From NCBI RefSeq assembly GCF_009914755.1, contig NC_060942.1: a stretch of DNA of 64,000 nucleotides. One strand, 5' to 3'. Both the position numbers and the translations under genes were made by a program. Under the pieces are notes generated by a model. That model was given only the letters and a program-made list of their open reading frames with translations, had not been told where the DNA came from and searched no databases. Of the stretch, positions 52,706 through 64,000 are shown piece by piece. Within the stretch, counting starts at the first letter, position 1; every line of letters begins with the position of its first letter. The stretch comes from the human T2T-CHM13v2.0 reference genome, Homo sapiens.

Positions 52706-55700
52706 CAGACTGGCTTTCTCAGGGAATCATGCTGCCTTGGCTCCAGTGTGAAATCTCTCTGCTTACAGAAATTCAGACCCTCCCAGAAATGTCACAGCAG
52801 CACTGCCCTGTCCCAAACTAACACTACCTGGAATTCATGTGAGTAACTAGCATGCCATAACTTAGCAGCAGGCTACTGCAAACATCTCTGAGTATTAGGT
52901 ATAACTGGAAACAAACAAAAAAAAGGAATTTGACGACTATTTCTGGTAACATTCTGGAGACATGGCCAGTCTTTAGTGGGTACAGTGACTTTGTACCTAA
53001 GAGTGGCAAGATGTGTCATGGCTCTTGGTTCCTCAGGGCCTCTCCTGTGTTAACCATTGCTGCTTTTAATTATAATTAGAGCCCATGGGTTCTTAGCCAT
53101 GGTGGTAAAGCACATACCCAAATATTTTGAAATCTTAATAAAAGAAGAATGCATGATGTTAGTTTAACTTTCAAAATTAACACTCATTAAAAAGTATGTG
53201 ATTTGCATTAGCACATTCTTATTTTGTGATAAGAGTCTACAAGAATCACTCTTAAATTATGGCAGCAGCCTATCCCCAGTTCCTGGGCTTAAACACAATA
53301 TGACAAAAGAATCATAAGCAATGTGTTAATTAGCCTGTTTCTGATTTTACCTTCAATTCCACATATTTCATGATTTTCAGGAAATCTGTTTATTCTTTAT
53401 TATTCTCTGCAGGTGTTTTGAGAATATATTCATTGGGTAAACCAGAAATGTTGGCAACAAAATCCCAAGATCCAGTTTCCTTGTCTAGGCTCTTGGTCAG
53501 AAGCATCTGACCAGTATCCCAATTTTAACCTTAAACATATTTCAGATTATATGATAGAAACTGCCTTTTTTAAAAGCTGAGATTATGTTTTCTGCTCCAC
53601 ATTTTGAGGGTAGATGCCAACATGAAATCTTAATAAAATTATCATTATGTAATTCACAGCAATCAGATTGTATATTCCTTAATTACATGATTTGTTAAAT
53701 ATCCATACATTATTAAGCATCATCTTTTATACCTATAAAATTATAAGCTCCTGCTATATAATATAATCTAGATCTACCCGGCTAGAACAAAACTGTATAA
53801 TTCATCAAAAATTACATTTTTCTTCAGCTGTATATTATGTTGTTCTCTCTAAATTATCTATCACTCTTATCATGGCCAATGTAATTGTGAGGGATAATAG
53901 AAAATGGGAATAACATTGATATTTTAAATAAAAAAAATAAGCTAAATCTCTTTTGAGTAAGTAGTTTCAAGCTTCCCTCACCAGATCGTGGCCCACTTAT
54001 ATCCTTTTATTGTCCTATTCACCCTCTAGTGGAATTCTTAGTAAGTAGTGGAAGTACATATAGAGAGAGTGAAACTGCAGAAATAAAGGAGATAGCCAAA
54101 AAGCCACAAAACTGAATAATTCATGGAACATGTAGGAGTCGACTGTATTATCATCAAGAGGATGTTTTTGTGAATGTTAATTATTTATGACTACTTGTAA
54201 TGTTTATGTTTATTAGTTGAGGTACATAGAGAATAAAATTGCATAGCAGCTAGTAAAATAACTTTTAAAAGATTCCAGTTTAAACACACTCATTAGTTTA
54301 AAAGGCTTTCTGGGATTACAGACATTAAAACATTTAAATCTTACTAGGGAGTCAAAAGGCTCTCCAAGGATTTGTAGTCACTTAAACATCTCTATTTTTG
54401 AGTTACAAGTTTGGGTTAGTCACTGTTGATTTGTATATTTTTAATCATCAAGAATATCTGAGAAATATACAATTTGGCACCTCACTTTATAATCTGAAAA
54501 GAACAGCACTGAGGCTTAAAAAATTTTTTGAGCAAAAGAAGAACATATTTTTTAGTTCATTTCAACCAGTCTTTTTCCTTCAGCCTAATATGGATATAAA
54601 ATGTAACTGGCATTAGCGTTTCCTAGTATTGCTGCAGCCTGCCAGAATGTTGAGACCTTTGCACAATGAATCCATTATTACAATAAATATGAAAAGACGA
54701 CATAATATTCTAAACAGCTCATCACATTCTTTCTAATGTTCCCTGTACTGAAGAAAATATTTTAATGTATACTAAGTATTTGAATTTATTTTCAAAATAG
54801 TGAATTCATGCTTTCAATTGTTGCCCTTTAGGAGTCCTTAGTGCACATTTGTAAGGTAACGACAAACTGAATCTTTAATAATGATCGTAATGATCACTTT
54901 AACACTGGAAGAAAACTCAATGTTTTCCTAAGTTTCTCAAGGTCATTTTTTCACTCCATAGCTTTTCAACATAATGTAGTTGTTGTCATCTTAGGAATAA
55001 GGATTTTCACAAAGTCAGGCTCCAGCCTGTCTATTCTGATTCTGGAAAACCTTTGGCAATTTTCATGCTAGGTGGAGGACTTTGTTAAATAAATAGTGTG
55101 ATTTTAAAGGTGCTCATTATCCTCAATATTAAACACTTATAGTGAAACCTGCATATACCCACTAGGGCAGTGTTACTTATTATTAATAAGATTTTTGTAT
55201 GGGTTTTTGAGCCTGTTCATGAAGTTGGCAAAAGCTGAGAATGTTATTCGTCCCACCTTGTAATGTGGGCAGGTAATGGAGAATTACTATTGACTAAGGG
55301 AAGAGGAAAATTTAGGCTTTGTTGAAGGAATATTAACTTTAGTAGTATTCCTTTCCATTCTAGATATCTCGATTCATAGAAAAACCTACAGATATGTATA
55401 AATCCATATAGAAGATAGAGAATAAATCTCAAGAAGGGCTCTGGTAATACAGATGGTGTGTATACACTACACTCACAGGTGGATGAAATGGAGAGGGGTT
55501 CCTTGATCAGAATTTTGAACAAGCACACCCTATGAATATTATTGAAGTAAATAGGGAGTCTCTTCAGTTTCCTGCAACGTCTTTTCTAGAACTCTGTAAG
55601 AGAAGAAAAAAAGTAAGTCAGATGCTTTCTCAGCTGTATTGACTTTAGAAGCTGGCTTACATATTTTCCACTCTTTAACTCGTTTTCTAGTTTTTTAACC

Positions 55701-56549
55701 ATTTTTTGAAAAAATTGGGTCTTGCTTATTAATATTTTCCTCTTGGTACATCTCCATCACCTATTCTCCTAATCTAATCTAGAAATCAAGAAACAGAGGT
55801 AAAGACATACATCCTGGTCCCCTCCTATTTATCCTTCTAACTGCATGGGATGTGATCATCTGAACTGCACTGACTGCATATGTACTCTCTTAGCTGGTAT
55901 TCTTTTTATGGTTCAGTATTTTAAGAAATGTCTGATTGTGCTTCCTGCCTTTTCAGTAAGCTATACCCTTTAAATCAATATTTTAAAAGGTCATCTTGAC
56001 AGTTACTTCAGAATAAACAAATGACAATACAACATCTCTCATTAGATGATGAAAATCACAGTGAAAAACTGGACACATTACTTAAATTCCTGTCTTTTGT
56101 TTATAATAAACTAAAAAAAAATTCATGTTAAGAAATGGCAATAAACTTATTTTCTAGATGTAAGCATTTTAACTTGGTAGTTTTAAAATTAGGACGATAC
56201 AGCTCATACAAACAATAAGAAACCATATCTGTTATATTTTACATTTTATTGTGAAAAAGGGCATATTTTACATCCAGTGCTGATTATATTTAATGTCTAA
56301 AAGTCATTTTGAGCTATTAAGTAAATGATGTGAATTTACCAGAGTAATAATCACCACTTTTAACTTTACTTGATTTGCCACAAGTCAATGCCTCATATAA
56401 ACTGTACATTACAGATTATTTTAGAAGCAATATGACATCGGAAGTACCAAATACAGTGCTACAAATTTTTTAAAGCACAGACCACGTATTCAAATGATTT
56501 ATTCTTCTTTACAAATCTCCATCTGAAGCTACTAGTTTTATTATTCTTA

Positions 56550-56862
56550 TTACTTTATTTATTTATTTATTTTTTGAGATGGAGTCTTGCCCTGTCACCA
56601 GACTGGAGTGCAGTGGCGCGATCTTGGCTCACTGCGACCCTGCAACCTCCGCCTCCCGGATTCAAGCAATTCTCCTGCCTCAGCCTCCTGAGTCACTGGG
56701 ATTACAGGCATGCGCCACCATGCCCAGCTAATTTTTGTATTTTTCGTAGAGACGGGGTTTCTCCATGTTGGCTAAGATGGTCTCGATCTCTTGACCTCGT
56801 GATCCACCCACCTCGGCCTCCCAAAGTGCTGGGATTACAGGTGTGAGCCACCGCGCCTGGCC
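56550..56862 (-). mobile_element. AluSc with TSD
   Basis: TSD AGTTTT(A/G)TTATTCTTA at 56534-56549 and 56863-56878; (TTTA)n tail. Confidence 0.95.
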
Positions 56863-57114
56863 AGTTTTGTTATTCTTAAGAGGCTCACAGCCTTCTGAGA
56901 GGAAGTGAGATAGACCCATGTTTTCATTTGAGTGAATGTGAGTACCAGGGTACCTGTCCAATGGTTCCTCTTTAGGAAGCACTCTCAGGATTCAAAATGA
57001 GAATAACACACGGGTAGCCACTTTGGCTAAGATCCTTAAATTTTTACATTATTAGAAAAGCCACATGTATAATAAATTAGGTGATATGACAAATCCTGAA
57101 ATGTCTCCACCTAC

Positions 57115-57431
57115 CAGTCCAGGATGGGTGGTCCTGATCAGCAGGTGGCTTTCCTCTATGTGATGATTCACAGAACCAGGCCCATTTCATCTCAAAGCTC
57201 AGCCAACCTCTTGGACCACAGAATTCCTCAGATTCTAGCCACCAGTAGGGGGAAAAATGGCATAGAAAAAGGGCAGCTTTACAGGAGCAGGCGCCTAGAA
57301 GTACCTCGTATCACCTTTGTTCACAGCCCATTGGCTACAACTTAACCACATGACTTCACTGCAAAGGAGTCTGGGAAATGTAGTAGAGCTGCGTGCCAGG
57401 AAGAGGAGAACAGTCAGTGGTCTTTGCCACA
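57115..57431 (-). mobile_element. MLT1J/K-like MaLR LTR fragment
   Basis: CCCATTGGCTACAACTTAACCACATG...CTGCAAAGGAGTCTGGGAAATGTAGT...CTTTGCCACA. Confidence 0.8.
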
Positions 57432-57559
57432 CCTACCGTTCCATATGTTCCTAAAAATGAGGAAGGCACTCAGCTATTTTGGACTGGCTTCTAGGGCTAC
57501 CTCTGTCACTAAGGAATTATGAAAAATTTAGCAAGTTCTGACCTCTGCCTTTTGTATGA

Positions 57560-58385
57560 TTTGGTCTCATAAAGCTGACAGTCTTAAAGAAAAGACATTA
57601 AGTCAACACACAAATAAATATATCATTACAATTTTCAGCTAATATAGGCTCTAAAAGAGCTTGGAACATGCCTCTCTGGCACTTACAACAGTGCTTAGTG
57701 CACAGTAGGTGCTCAGCAATAGTTGTTGAATTAATGCATGCCTACCTCCATGGATGAATGAATGAAAATATATGAGGGGGAAAAATAGTTGCTGTAAAAG
57801 AAAGCAGTAGGGGAATCTAAATTAGTTTGGCAATCAGGGAAGGTCTTTCTGAGGAAATAATATTGACATTAAAACATAAAGGCTGACTAGGAGTTAGCAA
57901 AAAGAAGAGTTGTGTGGTGGACAACATTTTTCAGGAAGAGGGAACAGCATATTAAAGCATCTGAGTTGGGAAGAGATTAATACATTTGAGGAGCTGGAAA
58001 ACGGCCAGAGTTATAAGACCCCAGAGGGTCTGAGTGGTAATGGCAGAAGTGAGGCTAAAAAAATAGGCAAGGGCTGTATCAGGCAAGGTTTATAACGTAT
58101 GTCTAGCCTTTTGGTCTTTCCACAGTCACGATGAAAAGTATAAGGAAGGAAAGGGGGTGATGTGATTATATTTTCATTTTAAAAGATCATGCTGGCTTTC
58201 TGTGAAGAGTAGGTTGAGGTGGGGTAAGAGTAGAAGCAGTAAGTTTGACTAGTTGGGAGACTATTGGAAATCATCCAAATAGGATACCTAAATCAGTGCA
58301 GTGGTTTAAAACAAGGTGGAAGCACAGCAGATAGACGGATTTGAAATACATTTTGTAGATAAAGGGAAATTGGAGTAGATGGGTA
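57560..58385 (-). mobile_element. L2 fragments (a sense L2 3' end lies at about 57670-57740)
   Basis: CAGGGAAGGTCTTTCTGAGGAAAT; TTTTAAAAGATCATGCTGGCT; CACAGTAGGTGCTCAGCAATAGTTGTTGAATTAATG. Confidence 0.75.
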
Positions 58386-61114
58386 AATACAGCAATAAAG
58401 TCCTCTGGCTCTGTTTGTCATTATTCTCTTTAGAGATGCCATTAAAATGACTGCTGCCACTAAAAGTAGACCTTTCAAGACAGTTAGTGTTGCTTTATTC
58501 AGATTCTTTTAGAAGCTTTGTTCCGACTCTCAAGATTTTTCAAAAATCAGTCAAATAGCAAGCATTTAAACTTAGGCTAGATTACTGGGATTCTTCAAAA
58601 CTTGTTCCAAGTTATATTGTATTTCTGTTTCCCTTTGTCTTCAAGAAATAGATTAGGTAAGTTGCATAATCACAGTGAAGAATTTTGTATGTGTGCATGT
58701 GTATGTGCAAATGTATTTTTAAGTGCCCACACACATTAACTTTAAAATATTTTTGTTAAAAGGTAAATTTTGGACAATCTTTAATATTTTTCTAATGTGG
58801 TACTGTTGGTTCTCATTTTTCAATTTAATGTTTTAGGAAGTAATTCAAATATTCTAATAGTGTTAATTGAAGCCAGTGTTCTGCTCTTTCGGAGACCATT
58901 CTAATGATTCAGGTGTTTATTAGAATGTTTTTTTGGAGATAAGAACACTGTGTACAGAAGGCTGGAAATTTGATGTTTTTGCATTCCATTCTGCTCTCCT
59001 CTCTCTCCCCATTCATTCTTGGGTTACAAACTTATCTCTGTCTGTATTTATCATCTTGAAATGGACATTATAGTGATTTCCCAGAGGTATTGAGAGAGCT
59101 ATTTCAATGTTTATAAGTCAGCTTTTAAGATGACGTGCACAAAAGAAGATTATGATCTTGGGATTGATATATCTGCAAAACGGCTGCTATTGCACAAGTA
59201 AGAATGCTGTGAGGGACTGGTGAATTTCCTGTGGGGACGTTATACCCACGATCAGTGAAATACTTCTGGTAGGTTCCCTCCCTCAACCTAAAGATAGAGC
59301 CTCATTTCTGTGACTCTTCTGGCAATAGCATTTACATGTGTTAAATGTTATTGCAATTTTAAATAATTTATTTGAATAATTTTCATCCAAAAGGCACTAT
59401 TTTGAGCTACAAGTTGTTGGATTAAATTAAATGCTTATTTGCATTCTGGAGAAAAAAATTGAGGGAATTATGATTTCTACAGAAAAAACTTTTGGTTGTT
59501 TCTGCCAAACACATTAATGTTTATAACCTCATTTTTTCATTTCATGTCTATTGGGATATCCTTCACTTTCTTTTTGATATCTACTCCAGATTAACTTTTA
59601 CCTACATTCTGTTTTAAGATTTTTTCAAAGATCTTTTAAAATTATTTCTTTATTTTCCATTGCTTTTTCCTGTCACATAGCCACCTCACTTCAAGATTAT
59701 GCTATACGTGATCCAAAGCATAGGAAATTGAGGGAAACTTGTAAATTCACTTTGTTGCTCTGACTTCAGTTTGTATGTGGTTGTAGGATAATAATATAAA
59801 AATGACATGTGTTTGCCTTCAAATTCCAAGCTGTGAATTGTAATTCCTGGCAGGTATTTCACTTATTCCAAAAGTGGTAGTTCACAACCTAGCAAAAGAA
59901 AAAAAAAAACTGAAGTCTTGGATAAAGTCCTTTGCACAGGAGAACTTGAGAGTCAAAAGACTTAAATTTGTTTCAAGTTTCTCCGTTGCACGGATCAGCC
60001 AAGCAGATCTCTGATTACACTGCTTTCTGGCACCTGGCACCTGAAAATCTTCACTTCCTGAAAGCCAAGTGTTTGAAGACAAAACGTTGACCTTCCAAGC
60101 ATCTGGATTTACTGCCAAAACACTAAATAAGAACTACAAGCAGAAAGACCATGAGTCAGATGAACTCTTCATTTTATTTCAAGGATGAAGTTCCAGATAC
60201 ATGAATCAACTGTAAATAGTGAAAGAAATATGTGAGTGTGAGTGTGTGTGTGCATGTGCATGTTTGTGTGTTTTTCCTACTTGTAAACATCTGCTTTGTT
60301 CCTACTTCTCCTTTTGAGACACAGTCTTTTTATAGTAATGGTGGAAATTAGATCCTTTCCTTTTTCGACACTGTTAATCATCGTTTGAATTTGAAGCCAG
60401 TATCTCTACCTCAAAATAGAATGAAAATTCAGTTTCTTAGCCTGTGGCACCTTCAGGCACTCTGTTAGCATTCAATAAACATTTATTGAGCTTAGAGACA
60501 GACACTATACTAGGCCCAGAAGGCAAAGCTGCTGCAATTGGATGTTCTGTCCTAATATTAGTAAATAACATAAAATTAGTGCACTGAATCAGACCCTTTG
60601 TCCTGCTAAAACCACACTTTTTCTATTATAGTAGTACTAGGATATGTGTTAATACAGAATATAGTTATTCTTTTTACTGTCAGATTAAGAATTTACCTCT
60701 AATTCTTCATGTACATTAGTAATTTATTATAGTTCTACTACCCTGAATCATTTGAATGTTTAAAAATTATTTTCTATTTTCAACCCAATCCTACTAATAT
60801 TAGTAGTACACCCTTTTATTGATCTTACACTTACCTCTTGAAACAACAATAGATTTCTAGTGGATAAGCTCATTGTCATCTTTTCCAGACCATTCAAAGC
60901 TTTCTAGACTTTACGTCTTCTTTTCGCAAACAGAATGCCCCATATTTTTGTAGTCTGTCTTTATACAGCTACCTCCCTATTCTCCTTAGACACTTCATAT
61001 ATATCTTGTGAGCTGTGGCAACTAGAATTACAAGTGGTATTTAAGATGTAGACACAATGTTTTTGTAAAAATGGCCACATTTTGTTAATGTATAATTGCA
61101 TTTATGATATCATT

Positions 61115-61235
61115 TACTTATTAGCAATACCTTCCTAGTAAGATTACTATGAGGATAAAACAAGGTAATACTTGAAAAGTATTAGCACAGTGCTTGACAT
61201 GGTAAACACTCAATAAATGCTAATAGTCATTACTA
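61115..61235 (+). mobile_element. MIR 3' part
   Basis: ATGAGGATAAAACAAGGTAATAC...AGCACAGTGCTTGACATGGTAAACACTCAATAAATGCTA. Confidence 0.8.
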
Positions 61236-61374
61236 TTTGATTTTGATTTTATAATATTTTAATGGCCATACCCCATATGCTAGCCACTTTTATTTTTTAA
61301 ATCCTAGGCTTTCCTCATTCAATAATAGAGGATATGCTTGAGTCAGATCAACATTGCTAAGACTCATTTCTGAT

Positions 61375-62160
61375 CTTGTTTGTTTCATTCACTTAACAAA
61401 TTAACTTAATTAATATTCCAGGCATTGAGCTATGTACTGGAAATACAGCTGCCAGAAGGGCAAGGTCTCTGCATTTATAGGGCCTACCATAAAATGGAAA
61501 ACTAATAATAAAATTTCATTACGATGCAATGAGAAGTGCAGAATCAATGGGAGAACACAGAAGGGGAAGCTAACCTAATACAGGGACCACTGTGGTTTCC
61601 TGGAAGAAGTGATGTTAAAACTCAGACCTGGGCCGAGCATGGTGACTCATACCTATAATCCCAGCACTTTGGGAGGCCGAGGTGGGAAGATTGCTTGAGC
61701 CCAGAAATTTGAGACCAGCCTGAGGAACACAGAGAGACCCTGTCTCTGCAAAAAATACAAAAATTAGCTGGGCATGGTAGCCCACACATATATAGTCCCA
61801 GGCACTCAGGAGGCTGAGGTGACAGGATCACTTGAGCCAGGGGGGTCAAGGCTGCAGTGAGGCATGATCATGCCACTGCACTACAGTGTGGGTGACAGAT
61901 TGCGACCCTGTCTCAAAAGAAAGAAAAGAAAAAAGGAAGGAAGGAAGGAAGGTAGGAAGGAAGGAGAGAAGAAAAGAAAAAAGAAACCACAAAACAGCAA
62001 CAACGAAAACTGAGACCTGAAGGTGAGTAGGAGTTAGCCAGACAGAGGGCGGGGGAGGGAGGACAAAAGTGGAAAGATCACCAGAAGGAATAGCATGTGT
62101 AACACTTGGAGGTGAAAGAAAATACTCTTTATTGAGGAACTGAAAGAAATTCAGCATGAG
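61375..62160 (-). mobile_element. L2 3' fragment split by AluJ
   Basis: TTCATTCACTTAACAAA tail; TTCCTGGAAGAAGTGATGTT continues as GAGACCTGAAGGTGAGTAGGAGTTAGCCAG. Confidence 0.75.
61631..62005 (+). mobile_element. AluJ with GGAA/GAAAA tail
   Basis: GATTGCTTGAGCCCAG and GTCAAGGCTGCAGTGAG J diagnostics; TSD AAAACT(C/G)AGACCTG at 61617-61630 and 62006-62019. Confidence 0.95.
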
Positions 62161-63389
62161 CTCAGAACTCATCAATGAGTTCTCTTCATCCATCCAATAG
62201 CATTCAGCCTTCTTAGCTGGATTTTGTGAAATTTGGCCCTATCCACCCTTCCCATTACTTTCCTCACATACCCCACCCACTGTTCCTACATGCCCAGGTG
62301 TTTGCTTATTTCCTTGACTGGAATGTTCTTCCTCAAATTTTAGAATTCAGGGAGCATTTACTGAGTAACTGGTACATGCCAGACATTGTGAGCTATCACC
62401 CTTCCAATGTCTTTTCATTCATTCTTTTGATGAAAATTTATTAAGCACCAACATATAGAGGGTGCCATGCTACTTTTCCAGCACTAGTTTAAATGACACT
62501 TCTGTGAAGGTCCCCAGATGCTTCAACTGACATAATCTCTTCTAGTTTTCTTCATTCTCTGAAGTCCTAATATCCTAAACGTGCCTCTCTTCTGTCTGCT
62601 GCCACTTTTTGTACTGCATGACAGCTAAGCAGTTAACGTGAATCCGAAATCTCCATGAGACTTCTGTTCTAGGTGGCCAAGTCCAGGGATCCAATCTATC
62701 ATCGGGTAATGCCCATCACCCTGCATTAACCTAGGAGCTGCAAAGTTCATAGTAAATATCCAAAGGGGTGGATACATATTCTGAACCTGGATAATGGTGA
62801 CGTTATTTTGGTACTTCCTAATGATCCACATTGCCAGAACAATGACTTTGTTTCAAAGTGATCATATCTGAATCTAGTATAATTTCTCTTAAATGTCACT
62901 ATTTCCTGCAGGATTCCAAGATTTACATAAAAACCTGATGGGTGAATAGTATGTTTTTACAGATTACACATCTAAAATACTTGAAACTGTATCACCACTG
63001 CTATCAGCTCCGTACTATGCATTTACTCATGCTTTTTATTTATTCTTATAATCATGGTAAATCAAAAAAGGGAAAAAAACGAATAGGCTTCTACCTGTTG
63101 ATTGCTAAAAATAAAATTCAGCCTCACCTTTAGCATTTCAATTTTATAGTCCTCTACCTGGATTTATAGCTAATATTTTTAGTGATTGCTTATGCATTTC
63201 CTAGGCACACCAATCTAATTTGTAGCAGGTTCTGTGATTCATAGTGACTACTAGAATTGAATTCTGCTTGTCTCTATAGTGAATACTATAGTTAAGGCTT
63301 GATTCTTTCCAATGTATCATTTATGTGATTGAAAGAACAAGAAAAAAAAAACACTTAACACTAAAGAGTTTTTTAAAAATACCACTGAG

Positions 63390-63693
63390 GGTCAGGTGCA
63401 GTGGCTTATGCCTGTAATCTCAGCAGTTTGGGAGGCTGAGGTGGGCGGATCACTTGAGGTCAGGAGTTTGAGACCAGCCTGGTCAACGTGGTGAAACCCC
63501 ATTTCTACTAAAAATGTAAAAATTAGCTGGGTGTGGTGGCACACACTTGTAGTCCCAGCTACTTGGAGGCTGAGGCATGAGAATCGCTTGAACCCAGGAG
63601 GCAGAGGTTGCAGTGAGCCAAGACTGCGCCACTGCACTCCAGCTTGGGTGACAGAATGAGACTCCATCTCAAAATAAATAAACAATAAAAACA
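63390..63693 (+). mobile_element. AluSx/Sz with TSD
   Basis: TSD AAAAATACCACTGAG at 63375-63389 and 63694-63708. Confidence 0.96.
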
Positions 63694-64000
63694 AAAAATA
63701 CCACTGAGGAATCCATGCTAAAATATCAATATCAAACAGCTTTGAATTGGAGACTCACAATACAGTATATGTCTTCAGATACATTGTCTCACTTCAGCCT
63801 CCTTATATCTATCCAAAGGGTTTTGATGAGTTTTTCTTGTCAGCCATTTCAGATAATTTACTAAAGCCAACATTCAGAGTGTTCCTATGAGAGGAAGGCT
63901 TGGGACAGGGATGACTCCTCAAGGAACTGTGGATTTATTTATAGGACTTGGGTGGTCTCAGTAATTCACCTGGTGAGCTTGCTCAATTTTTTCTCCTGTT

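Noticed and set aside
60820-63340. Possible further antisense CR1 relics (60850-61080, 62850-63340)
   Set aside because: Resemblance too weak to call without an HMM search

Overview
This is AT-rich, CpG-depleted primate DNA, most likely human, judging from AluJ/S/Y, L1PA and MST elements. It looks intronic or intergenic, and I found no intact protein-coding gene, RNA gene or CRISPR-like system. Almost all ORF-track entries are chance frames or repeat translations. The one host-gene-derived feature is a polyadenylated, frameshifted retrocopy of the 3' end of LRRC75B (about 21673-22448, +). The rest is a transposon fossil record: a complete Tigger1 with nested MSTB and a rearranged L1, a Charlie1 with nested L1MA and Alu, a MER66-like LTR inside MLT1, MLT2, MSTA, MER20, about 15 Alus, and L2/MIR/CR1 relics. 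The most unusual observations are local templated rearrangements: a 41-bp inverted 3'UTR copy inside the retrocopy CDS, a 90-bp Charlie1 segment copied into the neighbouring L1, and an internal L1 inversion with deletions. A CR1 RT relic also keeps an open frame. I do not see evidence for a new biological system. Subfamily names and parent-gene comparisons come from recalled consensus sequences, not from a search.
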